Shown here piece by piece: positions 47,359 to 58,588 of a stretch of DNA of 64,000 bases; position 1 is the first letter of the stretch; each line of letters begins with the position of its first letter. Made by a program: the position numbers and the translations under genes. The notes beneath the pieces are model-generated. The model was given only the letters and a program-made list of their open reading frames with translations, was not told where the DNA came from and did not search any database. Where the stretch lies: positions 115,388-179,387 of the forward strand of contig CALRND020000007.1 of the NCBI GenBank assembly GCA_943369455.1. Direction: 5' to 3'. This DNA is from Synechococcus sp. UW140 (GTDB lineage: Bacteria; Cyanobacteriota; Cyanobacteriia; PCC-6307; Cyanobiaceae).

Positions 47359-47571
47359 ATGGCCCGTCCCACCATCACCGATGTGCGTTCGCTCAGCGAC
47401 GCCCAGATCGCCGAACAGATCGATGGCGTCCGCCGCGAACTGTTCGACCTCCGCTTCCAGCAGGCCACCCGCCGTCTGGAGCACCCGCACCGCTTCAAGG
47501 AGTCCCGCATCAAGCTGGCCCACCTGCTGACGGTGCAGGAGGAGCGTCAACGCTCCACCGTCGCCTCCTGA
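47359..47571 (+). CDS. rpmC: 50S ribosomal protein L29
   Basis: [24 protein letters not shown]. Confidence 0.9.
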   Translation: MARPTITDVRSLSDAQIAEQIDGVRRELFDLRFQQATRRLEHPHRFKESRIKLAHLLTVQEERQRSTVAS

Positions 47572-47588
47572 TTCCCCCCTCGATCCCC

Positions 47589-47840
47589 ATGGCACTCAAG
47601 GAAAGGGTCGGCACCGTCGTCAGCGACAAGATGGACAAAACGGTGGTGGTGGCGGTGGAAAACCGCTTCCCCCATCCCATCTATCAGAAGACCGTCCGCC
47701 GCACCACCCGCTACAAAGCCCACGACGAAGCCAACAGCTGCCGCGTGGGTGACCGGGTCCGGATCACCGAGACCCGTCCCCTCAGCCGCACCAAACGTTG
47801 GGCCGTGGCCGAAGTTCTCTCCACCACCAGCGCCGGCTGA
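47589..47840 (+). CDS. rpsQ: 30S ribosomal protein S17
   Basis: [31 protein letters not shown]. Confidence 0.9.
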   Translation: MALKERVGTVVSDKMDKTVVVAVENRFPHPIYQKTVRRTTRYKAHDEANSCRVGDRVRITETRPLSRTKRWAVAEVLSTTSAG

Positions 47841-47850
47841 GGCACCTCCC

Positions 47851-48216
47851 ATGATTCAGCAGGAAACCTTCCTCAACGTCGCTGACAACAGCGGCGCCAA
47901 GCGCATCCAGTGCATCCGGGTGCTCGGCACCAACCGTCGCTACGCCCACGTGGGCGATGTGATCGTGGCCGCCGTCAAGGACGCCATGCCCAACATGGGC
48001 GTCAAGAAGTCGGATGTGGTCAAGGCCGTGGTGGTGCGCACCCGGGCCACGCTGCGCCGTGACACCGGCAACGCCATCCGCTTCGACGACAATGCCGCCG
48101 TGATCCTGGGGAACGACAACAACCCCAAGGGCACCCGCGTCTTCGGCCCTGTCGCCCGGGAGTTGCGCGAGCGCAACTTCACCAAGATCGTGTCCCTCGC
48201 CCCGGAGGTGATCTGA
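47851..48216 (+). CDS. rplN: 50S ribosomal protein L14
   Basis: [26 protein letters not shown]. Confidence 0.95.
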   Translation: MIQQETFLNVADNSGAKRIQCIRVLGTNRRYAHVGDVIVAAVKDAMPNMGVKKSDVVKAVVVRTRATLRRDTGNAIRFDDNAAVILGNDNNPKGTRVFGPVARELRERNFTKIVSLAPEVI

Positions 48217-48217
48217 G

Positions 48218-48574
48218 ATGGCCACCGCAACCCCCAAGGCCCGGCCCGTCCAGCGCGTCAAGATGCGCATCCGCAAGGGCGACACCGTCCAGGTGATCGC
48301 CGGCAAGGACCGGGGCAAGACCGGCGAGGTGCTGCGCACCCTGCCGAACGAGAACCGTGTCGTCGTGCAGGGCATCAACCTGCGCACCCGCCACGTCAAA
48401 CCCACCCAGGAGGGCGAGACCGGCCGCATCGTCACCGAAGAGGCCTCCCTGCATGCCTCCAACGTGATGGTGTACTCCACCGCCAACAAGGTGGCCAGCC
48501 GGGTGGAGATCGTCGTCCAGGACGACGGCAGCAAGAAGCGCCGCCTCAAGAAGACCGGGGAGGTGCTCGACTGA
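48218..48574 (+). CDS. rplX: 50S ribosomal protein L24
   Basis: [25 protein letters not shown]. Confidence 0.9.
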   Translation: MATATPKARPVQRVKMRIRKGDTVQVIAGKDRGKTGEVLRTLPNENRVVVQGINLRTRHVKPTQEGETGRIVTEEASLHASNVMVYSTANKVASRVEIVVQDDGSKKRRLKKTGEVLD

Positions 48575-48690
48575 CCGCCACCCACCGCGTCGCCATCCCC
48601 CTCCGCGACGCCCCCCACGCTCCGCGTCCCTGCCTTCCTCCCCTGTCCGCCTTCTGACAACGTCCAGAAGCGCCCCCCCATCCCCCCGTC

Positions 48691-49230
48691 ATGTCACTCA
48701 AACAGCGCTACCGGGAGACGATCCAGCCCAAGCTGCTGAAGGATCTCAACCTCTCCAACGTCCACGAGGTTCCCAAGGTGGTCAAGGTCACCGTCAACCG
48801 GGGCCTCGGTGAAGCCGCCCAGAACGCCAAGGCCCTCGAGGCCTCGATCACCGAACTGGCGACCATCACCGGTCAGAAGGTGGTGGTGACCCGCGCCAAG
48901 AAGGCCATCGCCGCCTTCAAGATCCGCCAGGGCATGCCGATCGGCGTGGCCGTCACCCTGCGGGGCGAGCGGATGTATGCCTTCCTGGAGCGTCTCATCC
49001 ACCTGGCGCTGCCTCGCATCCGCGACTTCCGCGGTGTGAGCCCGAAGAGCTTCGACGGCCGGGGCAACTACACCCTGGGGATCCGGGAGCAGATCATCTT
49101 CCCCGAGATCTCCTTCGACAAGATCGATGCCATCCGGGGGATGGACGTCACGATCGTGACCAACGCCCGTAACGACGAAGAGGGCCGGGCCCTCCTCCGC
49201 GAAATGGGAATGCCGTTCCGCAATACCTGA
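48691..49230 (+). CDS. rplE: 50S ribosomal protein L5
   Basis: [37 protein letters not shown]. Confidence 0.95.
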   Translation: MSLKQRYRETIQPKLLKDLNLSNVHEVPKVVKVTVNRGLGEAAQNAKALEASITELATITGQKVVVTRAKKAIAAFKIRQGMPIGVAVTLRGERMYAFLERLIHLALPRIRDFRGVSPKSFDGRGNYTLGIREQIIFPEISFDKIDAIRGMDVTIVTNARNDEEGRALLREMGMPFRNT

Positions 49231-49250
49231 GCCCCCTCCCGGACACGACC

Positions 49251-49652
49251 ATGGCCAACCACGACCCGATCTCAGACATGCTCACTCGCCTTCGCAACGC
49301 GAGTGAGAAGCGCCACGAGCGCACCAAGATTCCCGCCTCCCGGCTCTCCCGCAGCATCGCCAACGTGCTGCACCAGGAAGGCTTCATCGGCGCCATCGCC
49401 GAGGAAGGCGAAGGCGTGCAGCGCCACCTGGTGCTCGAGTTGAAGTACAGCGGCAAGCACCGCCAGCCCACCATCCGCTCCGTGCAGCGGGTGAGCAAGC
49501 CCGGTCTGCGCATCTACAAGAACACCCGCCAGCTGCCCAAGGTGCTGGGCGGCCTCGGCGTGGCGATCATCTCCACCTCCCGGGGTGTGATGAGCGACCG
49601 TGATGCCCGCAAGCAGGGCGTCGGCGGCGAAGTGCTCTGCTACGTCTACTGA
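49251..49652 (+). CDS. rpsH: 30S ribosomal protein S8
   Basis: [28 protein letters not shown]. Confidence 0.95.
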   Translation: MANHDPISDMLTRLRNASEKRHERTKIPASRLSRSIANVLHQEGFIGAIAEEGEGVQRHLVLELKYSGKHRQPTIRSVQRVSKPGLRIYKNTRQLPKVLGGLGVAIISTSRGVMSDRDARKQGVGGEVLCYVY

Positions 49653-49668
49653 TCCCAGGAGTTGTCCC

Positions 49669-50208
49669 ATGTCTCGTATCGGTAAAGCCCCGATCCCCAT
49701 CCCCGACAAGGTCACCGTCAGCCTCGATGGCCTGGCGGTCACCGTGAAGGGTCCCAAGGGGGAACTCAGCCGCGTTCTCCCGGAGGGCGTCAGCGTCAGC
49801 CAGGAAGGCGGCACGGTGGTGGTGAGTCCCACCAGCAGCCACCGCCGCTCCCGGGAGCGTCACGGCCTCAGCCGCACCCTCGTCGCCAACATGGTGGAAG
49901 GGGTCAGCCAGGGCTTCACCCGCAAGCTCGAGATCATCGGCGTGGGCTACCGGGCCCAGGTCCAGGGGCGCAAGCTCGTGGTCAGCGCCGGCTACAGCCA
50001 CCCGGTGGAGATGGTCCCCCCCGAAGGGGTCACCTTCTCGGTCGAGAACAACACCTCGGTCTTCGTCTCCGGCCCCGACAAGGAGCTGGTGGGCAACGAG
50101 GCGGCCAAGATCCGCGGCATTCGTCCCCCCGAGCCCTACAAAGGCAAGGGCATCAAGTACGAAGGTGAGCGGATTCTGCGCAAGGCCGGCAAGACCGGCA
50201 AGAAATGA
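49669..50208 (+). CDS. rplF: 50S ribosomal protein L6
   Basis: [35 protein letters not shown]. Confidence 0.95.
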   Translation: MSRIGKAPIPIPDKVTVSLDGLAVTVKGPKGELSRVLPEGVSVSQEGGTVVVSPTSSHRRSRERHGLSRTLVANMVEGVSQGFTRKLEIIGVGYRAQVQGRKLVVSAGYSHPVEMVPPEGVTFSVENNTSVFVSGPDKELVGNEAAKIRGIRPPEPYKGKGIKYEGERILRKAGKTGKK

Positions 50209-50240
50209 GGTCTGCTCGAGCGTCATCCGTCTGATCCCCC

Positions 50241-50606
50241 ATGTCTACCCTCTCCCGCAAACAGCAGACCCAGAAGCGTCACCGCCGCCTGCGTCGTCTG
50301 CTCTCCGGCACCGCCGACCGTCCCAGGCTGGCCGTGTTCCGCTCCAACAACCACATCTACGCCCAGGTCATCGACGACGACGCCCAGAGCACCCTCTGTG
50401 CCGCGTCCACCCTCGACAAGGACCTGCGCACCAGCGTCACGGCGGGCGCCAACTGTGACGCCTCCGTCGCGGTCGGCCAGCTCGTCGCCCAGCGCGCCCT
50501 CGCCAAGGGCATCCAGCAGGTGGTCTTCGATCGCGGCGGCAACCTGTACCACGGCAGGGTCAAGGCCCTTGCTGACGCCGCCCGGGAAGCGGGCCTTCAG
50601 TTCTGA
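50241..50606 (+). CDS. rplR: 50S ribosomal protein L18
   Basis: [42 protein letters not shown]. Confidence 0.95.
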   Translation: MSTLSRKQQTQKRHRRLRRLLSGTADRPRLAVFRSNNHIYAQVIDDDAQSTLCAASTLDKDLRTSVTAGANCDASVAVGQLVAQRALAKGIQQVVFDRGGNLYHGRVKALADAAREAGLQF

Positions 50607-50620
50607 TCCCTGCTCTCACC

Positions 50621-51289
50621 ATGACCGAAACCAACGACCAGATCCAGACCGGCGCCGTGCCTGCGGCCTCCGACGTCCCCGCCGCTGCCGAAGGCCAGCA
50701 GGAGCAGCGCCGGGGCGGCGGTGGCGGTGGCCGCGGCGATGCCAAGGGTGACCGCCGCGGCGGTGGCGGCGGCCGTGGCCGCGACAACCGCCGCGGCCAG
50801 GAACGCGACTCCGAATGGCAGGAGCGGGTGGTTCAGATCCGCCGCGTTTCCAAGACCGTCAAAGGCGGCAAGAAGATGAGCTTCCGGGCCATCGTCGTCG
50901 TCGGCAACGAGCGCGGCCAGGTGGGCGTGGGCGTCGGCAAGGCCGGCGATGTCATCGGCGCCGTCCGCAAGGGCGTGGCCGACGGCAAGAAGCATCTGGT
51001 CAAGGTGCCCCTCACCCGCACCAGCTCGATCCCCACCCTGAGCAATGGCCGCGACGGCGCCGCCAGCGTGCTGATCCGGCCGGCCGCCCCCGGTACCGGG
51101 GTGATCGCGGGCGGTTCGATCCGCACCGTGCTCGAACTGGCCGGCATCAAGAACGTGCTGGCGAAACGGCTGGGCTCCAAGACCCCGCTCAACAACGCCC
51201 GCGCCGCCATGCAGGCCCTCGAAGGCCTGCGCACCCACAAGGAGACCGCCAAGGAGCGGGGCATCTCCCTCGAGCAGATCTACTCCTGA
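50621..51289 (+). CDS. rpsE: 30S ribosomal protein S5 with Gly/Arg-rich N-terminal extension
   Basis: [40 protein letters not shown]. Confidence 0.95.
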   Translation: MTETNDQIQTGAVPAASDVPAAAEGQQEQRRGGGGGGRGDAKGDRRGGGGGRGRDNRRGQERDSEWQERVVQIRRVSKTVKGGKKMSFRAIVVVGNERGQVGVGVGKAGDVIGAVRKGVADGKKHLVKVPLTRTSSIPTLSNGRDGAASVLIRPAAPGTGVIAGGSIRTVLELAGIKNVLAKRLGSKTPLNNARAAMQALEGLRTHKETAKERGISLEQIYS

Positions 51290-51297
51290 GGCCCGCC

Positions 51298-51753
51298 ATG
51301 ACGTCCTTCTCTCTCAACAATCTCCAGCCCCAGACAGGCTCCCGCCGGCGCAAGCTGCGCAAGGGTCGCGGCATCGCCGCCGGCCAGGGCGCCAGCTGCG
51401 GCTTCGGCATGCGCGGCCAGAAGTCCCGCTCCGGCCGGCCCACCCGGCCCGGCTTCGAGGGCGGCCAGATGCCCCTCTACCGCCGGATCCCGAAGCTCAA
51501 GCACTTCCCGGTCATCAACCCCACCCACTACACCGTGATCAACGTGTCACGGCTGGGTGAGCTGAAGGCCGGCAGCACGGTGAGCCTCGAGTCCCTCGAG
51601 AAGGCGGGTCTGGTCACCAGCCCCCGCTACCCGCTGAAGGTGCTCGGCAACGGCGAGCTGAAGGTGAAACTCACCGTCCAGGCCGCCGCCTTCACCGCCT
51701 CGGCCCGCGCCAAGATCGAAGCCGCCGGCGGCACCTGCGAGATCATCGACTGA
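51298..51753 (+). CDS. rplO: 50S ribosomal protein L15
   Basis: [38 protein letters not shown]. Confidence 0.95.
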   Translation: MTSFSLNNLQPQTGSRRRKLRKGRGIAAGQGASCGFGMRGQKSRSGRPTRPGFEGGQMPLYRRIPKLKHFPVINPTHYTVINVSRLGELKAGSTVSLESLEKAGLVTSPRYPLKVLGNGELKVKLTVQAAAFTASARAKIEAAGGTCEIID

Positions 51754-51781
51754 GGCCGGGCCCTGCCCAGCCCCCAGCCGC

Positions 51782-51821
51782 GAGCCGCCTGCCCGTAGCC
51801 TTGTGCTGCGGCAGGCGGCTC
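51782..51821 (+). promoter_or_regulatory. Perfect 12-bp inverted repeat (hairpin) in the rplO-secY spacer
   Basis: GAGCCGCCTGCC (51782-51793) pairs with GGCAGGCGGCTC (51810-51821), with a 16-nt loop and no U-tract. Confidence 0.3.
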
Positions 51822-51860
51822 CGGTCGTAGCGACCCGTTCCCTCCACTCCCGACATCACC

Positions 51861-53180
51861 ATGCTCCTCAGCAGGGGGCGCAATCCGAGCGCCGCTGAAA
51901 TCCTCGTCCAGCTCGTCCAGTCGAAGGGCCTGCGGGATCGGGTGCTCACCACCCTGGGCCTGCTGCTGCTGGTGCGACTCGGCATCTACATCCCGGTGCC
52001 CGGCATCGACCGGGTCGCCTTCCAGGACTTCATCCGCCAGGGGGGCCAGCTGATCGGCTTCCTCGACATCTTCACCGGCGGCGGCCTCTCGACCCTGGGC
52101 GTGTTCGCCCTGGGCATCCTGCCCTTCATCAACGCCTCGATCATCATCCAGCTGATGACGGCGGCCCTGCCCCAGCTCGAGGAGCTGCAGAAGAACGAGG
52201 GGGAGGCCGGCCGCCGCAAGCTGGCCCAGATCACCCGCTACGTGGCCCTGGGCTGGGGCATCCTGCAGAGCATCGTCTTCGCCCTGATCCTGCGGCAGTA
52301 CGCCCTGCCGGGCCTGCCCGAATGGCTGTTCGTCGTCCAGACGAGCCTGGCCCTGGTGACCGGATCGATGGTGGTGATGTGGGTCAGCGAGGTGATCACC
52401 GAGCGGGGCATCGGCCAGGGGGCCTCCCTGGTGATCTTCATCAACATCGTCGCCACCCTGCCCAAGGCCCTCGGCTCCACCATCCAGCTGGCCCAGAGCG
52501 GCGACCGGGCCACGGTGGGCGGCATCGTCGTGCTGGTGCTCGTCTTCCTGGTGACGATCGTGGGGATCATCTTCCTGCAGGAGGGCAGCCGCCGTATCCC
52601 GATCGTCAGCGCCAAGCGTCAGGTGGGCGGGGCCAGCACCCTGGCCTCCCGCCAGAGCTACCTGCCCCTGAAGCTCAATGCCGGCGGCGTGATGCCGATC
52701 ATCTTCGCCTCGGCGGTCGTCTTCCTGCCCCTGACGATCGCCAACCTCACCAAGAGCCCCTGGCTGATCCGGGTGGCGGGCTACCTCAACCCCACCAGCA
52801 GCACCCCCTGGGTCTATGCCGTGGTGTACTTCGCCCTGATCTGTGGCTTCGCCTTCTTCTACGCCTCCCTCACCGTCAACCCGGTGGACATCGCCACCAA
52901 CCTGAAGCGCTCCGGCGTGGCCATCCCGGGGGTGCGGCCTGGCTCGGCCACCGCCGACTACCTCTCGGGCGTGTCCAACCGGCTGACCCTGCTGGGGGGC
53001 CTGTTCCTGGGCGCCATCGCGATCATCCCCTCAGCGGTGGAAGGCGCCACCCAGGTGCGCACCTTCCAGGGGCTCGGGGCCACCTCCCTGCTGATCCTGG
53101 TGGGCGTGGCCATCGACACCGCCAAGCAGGTCCAGACCTACGTCATCTCCCAGCGCTACGAAGGACTGGTCCGCCAGTAG
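51861..53180 (+). CDS. secY: Preprotein translocase subunit SecY
   Basis: 439 aa polytopic. GIDRVAFQDF..LGILPFINASIIIQL..GQGASLVIF. Confidence 0.95.
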   Translation: MLLSRGRNPSAAEILVQLVQSKGLRDRVLTTLGLLLLVRLGIYIPVPGIDRVAFQDFIRQGGQLIGFLDIFTGGGLSTLGVFALGILPFINASIIIQLMTAALPQLEELQKNEGEAGRRKLAQITRYVALGWGILQSIVFALILRQYALPGLPEWLFVVQTSLALVTGSMVVMWVSEVITERGIGQGASLVIFINIVATLPKALGSTIQLAQSGDRATVGGIVVLVLVFLVTIVGIIFLQEGSRRIPIVSAKRQVGGASTLASRQSYLPLKLNAGGVMPIIFASAVVFLPLTIANLTKSPWLIRVAGYLNPTSSTPWVYAVVYFALICGFAFFYASLTVNPVDIATNLKRSGVAIPGVRPGSATADYLSGVSNRLTLLGGLFLGAIAIIPSAVEGATQVRTFQGLGATSLLILVGVAIDTAKQVQTYVISQRYEGLVRQ

Positions 53181-53204
53181 GCCCCTTCTCCCGTTTCCCT
53201 TCCC

Positions 53205-53756
53205 ATGAAACAGCGACTCCTCTTCCTCGGTCCCCCCGGCGCCGGCAAGGGCACCCAGGCCGAGCTCCTGGCTGAACGCCACCAGCTGCTGCATCTCTCC
53301 ACCGGCGACCTGCTGCGGGCAGAGGTCAAGGCCGGCACCGCCCTGGGGCAGGAGGCGGAGGCGGTGATGGCCCGCGGCGAGCTGGTCAGCGATGCCCTGG
53401 TGCTGGCGATCGTGCGCAGCCGCCTGGAGGGCCACACGGGCGGCTGGCTGCTCGACGGCTTCCCCCGCAACCTCGCCCAGGCCGAGGCGCTCGACGATCT
53501 GCTGGCGGAGCTCGACCAGCGCATCGAACGGGTGCTGCTGCTGGAGCTGGAGGACGGCGTGCTGATCCAGCGCCTGCTCTCCCGCGGCCGGGCCGACGAC
53601 AACGAGGCGGTGATCCGCAACCGCCTGGTGGTCTACCAGGAGCAGACCGCCCCCCTGATCGACCACTACCGCCAGCTCGGCCTGCTCTGCAGCGTCGAGG
53701 CCTCCGGCACCGTGGAGGCGATCGCAGCCAGGATCGTAGCCAGCTTGACGGACTGA
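53205..53756 (+). CDS. adk: Adenylate kinase
   Basis: LLFLGPPGAGKGTQAELL..LLDGFPRNLAQAEAL. Confidence 0.95.
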   Translation: MKQRLLFLGPPGAGKGTQAELLAERHQLLHLSTGDLLRAEVKAGTALGQEAEAVMARGELVSDALVLAIVRSRLEGHTGGWLLDGFPRNLAQAEALDDLLAELDQRIERVLLLELEDGVLIQRLLSRGRADDNEAVIRNRLVVYQEQTAPLIDHYRQLGLLCSVEASGTVEAIAARIVASLTD

Positions 53757-53799
53757 TGTGATAAGGTAGCTGTTTGCAAATTCGGAGAGCACAACGCCC

Positions 53800-53913
53800 A
53801 TGAAGGTGCGTGCCTCAGTCAAGAAGATGTGCGACAAATGCCGGGTGATCCGTCGCCACGGCCGGGTCATGGTGATCTGCACCAACCCGAAGCACAAGCA
53901 GCGTCAGGGTTGA
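53800..53913 (+). CDS. rpmJ: 50S ribosomal protein L36
   Basis: Translated by hand: [37 protein letters not shown]. Too short for the ORF track. Confidence 0.9.
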   Translation: MKVRASVKKMCDKCRVIRRHGRVMVICTNPKHKQRQG

Positions 53914-53979
53914 CCCCCCACGCTTCCACGGCGGCCGCCTTCGGCCGCCACCCCCTTTGCCCTCTGATCGTTTCCTGAC

Positions 53980-54345
53980 GTGGCTCGGATCGCCGGTGTC
54001 GATATCCCTCGTGACAAGAGGGTTGAGATCTCACTCACTTACGTGTACGGGATCGGGCTCACCAGGGCCCGCAAGATTCTCGCCAAGTCGGGGGTCAGCC
54101 CCGACATCCGGGTGAAGGACCTCAGCGACGGCGACGTGCAGAAGCTGCGCGGCGCCGCCGATTCCTTCGTCCTCGAGGGCGACCTGCGGCGGGAGGAGGG
54201 CATGGCCCTCAAGCGCCTCCAGGACATCGGCTGCCTGCGGGGTCGCCGCCACCGCATGGGCCTGCCCGTGCGCGGCCAGCGCACCCGCACCAACGCCCGC
54301 ACCCGCCGCGGCGCCCGCAAGACCGTCGCCGGCAAGAAGAAGTGA
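53980..54345 (+). CDS. rpsM: 30S ribosomal protein S13
   Basis: GTG start. [25 protein letters not shown]. Confidence 0.95.
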   Translation: MARIAGVDIPRDKRVEISLTYVYGIGLTRARKILAKSGVSPDIRVKDLSDGDVQKLRGAADSFVLEGDLRREEGMALKRLQDIGCLRGRRHRMGLPVRGQRTRTNARTRRGARKTVAGKKK

Positions 54346-54516
54346 GGCTCGGGCCTTCGGGCCCTTTCTCCCTTCCCTGCCTGCACCATTTCCCAGCCCG
54401 TGGCCCCTCGCGGCAGCCACCGGGCCCCAGCCCCGCCGCCCTCCCTTTGCGGAGGTCGTCACCGGGGCTCCCCCCCAGTCCTCCGATCACCTCCCCGCAG
54501 CCGCGGGGTCACCGCC

Positions 54517-54909
54517 ATGGCCAAACCAGCCAAGAAGACCGGCCCCAAGAAGGCCAAGCGCAACGTGCCCAACGGCGTCGCGCACATCCAGAGCACCTTC
54601 AACAACACGATCGTCTCCATCACCGACACCGCCGGTGAAGTGGTGAGCTGGTCGTCGGCCGGCGCCAGCGGCTTCAAGGGAGCCCGCAAGGGCACCCCCT
54701 TCGCCGCCCAGACCGCCGCCGAGGCCGCCGCCCGTCGCGCCCTTGAACAGGGCATGCGTCAGATCGAAGTGCTGGTGCGCGGCCCCGGCTCCGGCCGTGA
54801 AACCGCCATCCGCGCCCTGCAGGTGGCCGGTCTCGAGATCACCCTGATCCGCGACGTCACCCCCCTGCCCCACAACGGCTGCCGCCGGGCCAAGCGCCGC
54901 CGGGTCTGA
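54517..54909 (+). CDS. rpsK: 30S ribosomal protein S11
   Basis: [42 protein letters not shown]. Confidence 0.95.
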   Translation: MAKPAKKTGPKKAKRNVPNGVAHIQSTFNNTIVSITDTAGEVVSWSSAGASGFKGARKGTPFAAQTAAEAAARRALEQGMRQIEVLVRGPGSGRETAIRALQVAGLEITLIRDVTPLPHNGCRRAKRRRV

Positions 54910-54991
54910 GCCCCCGGAGTTCCTCCGGCCTCCTTCCCGCCTTCCCCGGGCCGCCGTCGCGGCCACCGTTCCCTTTTCACCTCCTCAGACC

Positions 54992-55930
54992 GTGTTGCAC
55001 TACCAGATCGATCGGGTCGAGCACCAGGTCGCCGACGACCGTTCCCAGACGGGCGTCTTCCTGATCGGGCCCCTGGATCGGGGTCAGGCGACCACCCTCG
55101 GCAATGCCCTGCGGCGTGTGCTGATCGGTGGTCTCGAAGGAAGCGCCATCACGGCGGTGCGTCTCTCCGGGGTCAACCATGAGTACGCCACGGTGCCCGG
55201 TGTGCGCGAGGACGTGCTCGACATCCTGCTGAACTGCAAGTCGGTGCCGGTCAACAGCCGCAGCCGCGACCTGGAGATCGGCCGTCTGATGGTGAACGGC
55301 CCGGCCCGGGTCACCGCCTCGGATCTGCAGTTCTCCCCCCAGGTGCAGGTGATCGACGGCGACCGGGAGATCGCCACCGTGGCCGAAGGCCACAGCCTGG
55401 AGATGGAGGTTCACGTCGAGCGCGGCGTGGGCTACCGGCCGGTGGATCGCCACAACGAGGACACCTCCGCCATCGATCTCCTGCAGATCGATGCGGTGTT
55501 CATGCCCGTCCGCCGGGTCAACTACACCGTCGATGAGACGGCGGTCGGCGAGGGCGGTTCGGCCCACGAGCGCCTGCGCATTGAGATCGAGACCAACGGC
55601 AGCGTCACCCCCGACGACGCCATGGCCCAGGCCGCCAACCAGCTGATCAGCCTGTTCCAGCCCCTGGCCACCCTCACCATGACCGAGGAGCCCGGCCTGG
55701 AACCCGAGCCTTCGGCCGAGGCCCAGATTCCCCTGGAAGAGCTGAACCTCTCCGTCCGCGCCTACAACTGCCTCAAGCGCGCCCAGGTCAACTCCGTCTC
55801 CGACCTCATGGGCTTCAGCTACGAAGACCTGCTGGAGATCAAGAACTTCGGTTCCAAGTCCGCCGACGAGGTGATCGAGGCTCTCGAGAGGATCGGCATC
55901 TCCCTGCCCCAGAGCCGCACCAGCGGCTGA
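54992..55930 (+). CDS. rpoA: DNA-directed RNA polymerase subunit alpha
   Basis: [45 protein letters not shown]. Confidence 0.95.
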   Translation: MLHYQIDRVEHQVADDRSQTGVFLIGPLDRGQATTLGNALRRVLIGGLEGSAITAVRLSGVNHEYATVPGVREDVLDILLNCKSVPVNSRSRDLEIGRLMVNGPARVTASDLQFSPQVQVIDGDREIATVAEGHSLEMEVHVERGVGYRPVDRHNEDTSAIDLLQIDAVFMPVRRVNYTVDETAVGEGGSAHERLRIEIETNGSVTPDDAMAQAANQLISLFQPLATLTMTEEPGLEPEPSAEAQIPLEELNLSVRAYNCLKRAQVNSVSDLMGFSYEDLLEIKNFGSKSADEVIEALERIGISLPQSRTSG

Positions 55931-55976
55931 AAGGCGGTTTCCCCTTCCCCGTTTCGCCACCCGCCCCGTCCCCACC

Positions 55977-56327
55977 ATGCGACACCAGTGCCGAGTCCCC
56001 CTGCTGGGACGCCCCGCCGACCAACGCAAGGCCATGCTGCGTGGTCTGACCACCCAGCTCATTCGTGAAGGCCGCGTCACCACCACCAAGGCCCGTGCCA
56101 AGGCCCTGCGTGACGAAGCCGAGCGCATGATCACCCTGGCCAAGGACGGCACCCTCGCCGCCCGCCGCCGCGCCATCGGCTACATCTACGACAAGCAGCT
56201 GGTGCACGCCCTGTTCGACAAGGCCCAGGACCGCTACTGCGATCGCCAGGGTGGCTACACCCGCATCATCCGCACGGTGCGCCGCCGCGGCGACAACGCC
56301 GAGATGGCCATCATCGAGCTGGTCTGA
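55977..56327 (+). CDS. rplQ: 50S ribosomal protein L17
   Basis: [37 protein letters not shown]. Confidence 0.95.
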   Translation: MRHQCRVPLLGRPADQRKAMLRGLTTQLIREGRVTTTKARAKALRDEAERMITLAKDGTLAARRRAIGYIYDKQLVHALFDKAQDRYCDRQGGYTRIIRTVRRRGDNAEMAIIELV

Positions 56328-57169
56328 AACGGATCGCCCTCTCGCTGCAGTACGACGGAGCCGCCTTCCACGGCTGGCAGCGGCAGGCCCATCACATCAG
56401 CGTCCAGGAAACCCTGGAGGCCGCCATCGAGGCCCTCGACCCACACCGGCCCGTGCGGGCTGTGGCGGCGGGCCGCACCGACACCGGCGTCCATGCGGCC
56501 GCCCAGGTGGTGCACTTCGATGTCGTCGGCCCCATCCCCGTGACCCGCTGGGCCAAGGCCCTCAACGGCCGCCTGCCGCCCACGGTCCGGGTGCGGGCCG
56601 CCAGTGAGGTGCCTGGCGACTGGCACGCCTGCTTCAGCGCCACCTACCGGCGCTACCGCTACACCATCCACAACGGCCGCGCCCCCAACCTCTTCCTGGC
56701 CCCCTGGAGCTGGCACCGCTACCAGTGGCGCCTGGATGAGGCCCTGATGGCCCGTTGCCTGGAGGCCCTCCTGGGCGAGCACGATTTCTCCGCCTTCCAG
56801 CGGGCGGGCAGCCGCCGCGCCCATGCCCGCACCACCCTGCAGGAGGTGCGGGTCGATCGCTGCGGCGATCTGCTGGTCACCGAGGTCCAGGCCAGCGGCT
56901 TCCTCTACGGCATGGTGCGCCTGCTGATGGGCCAGCTGGTGGCGGTGGGGGAGGGTCGCCTGGCAGCTTCGGAGTTTCTGCACCGCTGGCGCAGCGGCGC
57001 CCGCCATGCCGTGAAGGAGGCCGCACCGCCCCAGGGCCTCTGCCTGCTGCGGGTGGGCTACCCGGAGCCGGTCTTCCCTGAGGCTGCCTGGTATGATTGT
57101 CAACCGCGATTTCTGTTGGAATCGCGCGATCCTCCCGCCGATCCCTTCGGCGACGATCCGATCGGTTGA
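56324..57169 (+). CDS. truA: tRNA pseudouridine(38-40) synthase TruA (start codon uncertain)
   Basis: (L)[48 protein letters not shown]. The conserved N-terminus lies upstream of the first ATG/GTG of the listed ORF. Confidence 0.8.
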   Translation: MKRIALSLQYDGAAFHGWQRQAHHISVQETLEAAIEALDPHRPVRAVAAGRTDTGVHAAAQVVHFDVVGPIPVTRWAKALNGRLPPTVRVRAASEVPGDWHACFSATYRRYRYTIHNGRAPNLFLAPWSWHRYQWRLDEALMARCLEALLGEHDFSAFQRAGSRRAHARTTLQEVRVDRCGDLLVTEVQASGFLYGMVRLLMGQLVAVGEGRLAASEFLHRWRSGARHAVKEAAPPQGLCLLRVGYPEPVFPEAAWYDCQPRFLLESRDPPADPFGDDPIG

Positions 57170-57315
57170 GCGCCCTGCAGGGAGCCCCGTCAGGCGGCCC
57201 CAGGCAGCTGGTGGCTCTCCGAATTCGCCGGATCCGGCGACACGGTAGGGTCGAATCTTCCTGTCCCGACCCATCCGGCTGCGATGGGCTCACCCCAAAC
57301 CGGCCCGCCGGCGCG

Positions 57316-57768
57316 ATGAACAAGACAACCCCACCCTCCATCGATTCGCTCGAGCGCCAGTGGTATCTGGTCGACGCAGCGGACCAGACCCTCGGCCGTC
57401 TCGCCAGTGAAGTGGCGCAGGTGCTGCGCGGCAAGAACAAGCCCACCTTCACGCCCCACCTCGACACGGGTGATTTCGTGGTGGTGATCAACGCCGACAA
57501 GGTGCGCGTCAGCGGCAACAAGGGCACCCAGAAGATCTACCGGCGCCACTCCGGCCGTCCGGGCGGCATGAAGACCGAAACCTTCGAGCACCTGCAGGCC
57601 CGCCTGCCGGAGCGCATCATCGAGAAGGCGATCAAGGGCATGCTTCCCCACAACGCCCTGGGCCGCCAGCTCTTCCGCAAGCTGAAGGTCTACAAGGGTG
57701 CCGAGCATCCCCACGCCGCCCAGCAGCCCCAGCCCCTCGCCCTCGATCCCGCCGCCGCCGCCCAATGA
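57316..57768 (+). CDS. rplM: 50S ribosomal protein L13
   Basis: [35 protein letters not shown]. Confidence 0.95.
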   Translation: MNKTTPPSIDSLERQWYLVDAADQTLGRLASEVAQVLRGKNKPTFTPHLDTGDFVVVINADKVRVSGNKGTQKIYRRHSGRPGGMKTETFEHLQARLPERIIEKAIKGMLPHNALGRQLFRKLKVYKGAEHPHAAQQPQPLALDPAAAAQ

Positions 57769-58172
57769 CCAGCACCTCCAACCGCGTCGTCTACTGGGGC
57801 ACGGGCCGTCGCAAGACCGCCGTCGCCCGTGTGCGGGTGGTCCCCGGCAGCGGCAGCGTCACCATCAACGGCCGCCCCGGCGACAACTACCTCAACTACA
57901 ACCCCGTCTATCTGGCGGCGGTCAAGGCTCCCCTGCAGACCCTGGGTCTGGAAGCCCAGTACGACCTCCTGGTCAACGTGCGCGGCGGCGGCCTCACCGG
58001 CCAGGCCGATGCCATCAAGCAGGGTGCGGCCCGCGCCCTGTGCGATCTCTCCCCCGACAACCGCAAGCCCCTCAAGATCGAAGGCCACCTGAGCCGCGAT
58101 CCCCGGGCCAAGGAGCGTCGCAAGTACGGCCTCAAGAAAGCCCGCAAGGCTCCCCAGTTCTCCAAGCGCTGA
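57765..58172 (+). CDS. rpsI: 30S ribosomal protein S9
   Basis: ATGA overlap with rpl[48 protein letters not shown]. Confidence 0.95.
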   Translation: MTSTSNRVVYWGTGRRKTAVARVRVVPGSGSVTINGRPGDNYLNYNPVYLAAVKAPLQTLGLEAQYDLLVNVRGGGLTGQADAIKQGAARALCDLSPDNRKPLKIEGHLSRDPRAKERRKYGLKKARKAPQFSKR

Positions 58173-58180
58173 TTTCCGTC

Positions 58181-58477
58181 ATGCCGAAAGCCGACATCCA
58201 TCCCACCTGGTATCCGGACGCCAAGGTGATCTGCAACGGAGAGGTGGTGATGACCACCGGCTCCACCCAGCCCGAGCTCACGGTCGACGTGTGGAGCGGC
58301 AACCACCCCTTCTACACGGGCACCCAGAAGATCCTTGACACCGAGGGCCGGGTCGACCGCTTCATGCGCAAGTACGGCATGGGCAGCACCGATTCCGCCT
58401 CGGGTGCCAAGAAGGCCGCCAAGGCCAGCGACGTCCCCGCCACCCCGGTGGAAGAGCCGGCCGCCTCCGAAGCCTGA
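58181..58477 (+). CDS. rpmE: 50S ribosomal protein L31 (Cys-poor form with C-terminal tail)
   Basis: MPKADIHPTWYP..NHPFYTGTQKILDTEGRVDRFMRKYG. Confidence 0.9.
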   Translation: MPKADIHPTWYPDAKVICNGEVVMTTGSTQPELTVDVWSGNHPFYTGTQKILDTEGRVDRFMRKYGMGSTDSASGAKKAAKASDVPATPVEEPAASEA

Positions 58478-58540
58478 CGCGTCTCTCGGCCTGACACGTC
58501 CCTCGGACCCCCGGACCACGCGACGGTCCGGTTCTGCCTT

Positions 58541-58574
58541 GGCCGGGTGCCTGACGCACCCGGCCCTTTTTGTT
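58541..58574 (+). terminator. Rho-independent terminator downstream of rpmE
   Basis: GGCCGGGTGC-CTGAC-GCACCCGGCC followed by CTTTTTGTT. Confidence 0.6.
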
Positions 58575-58588
58575 GCCGGTGCCGCCCC

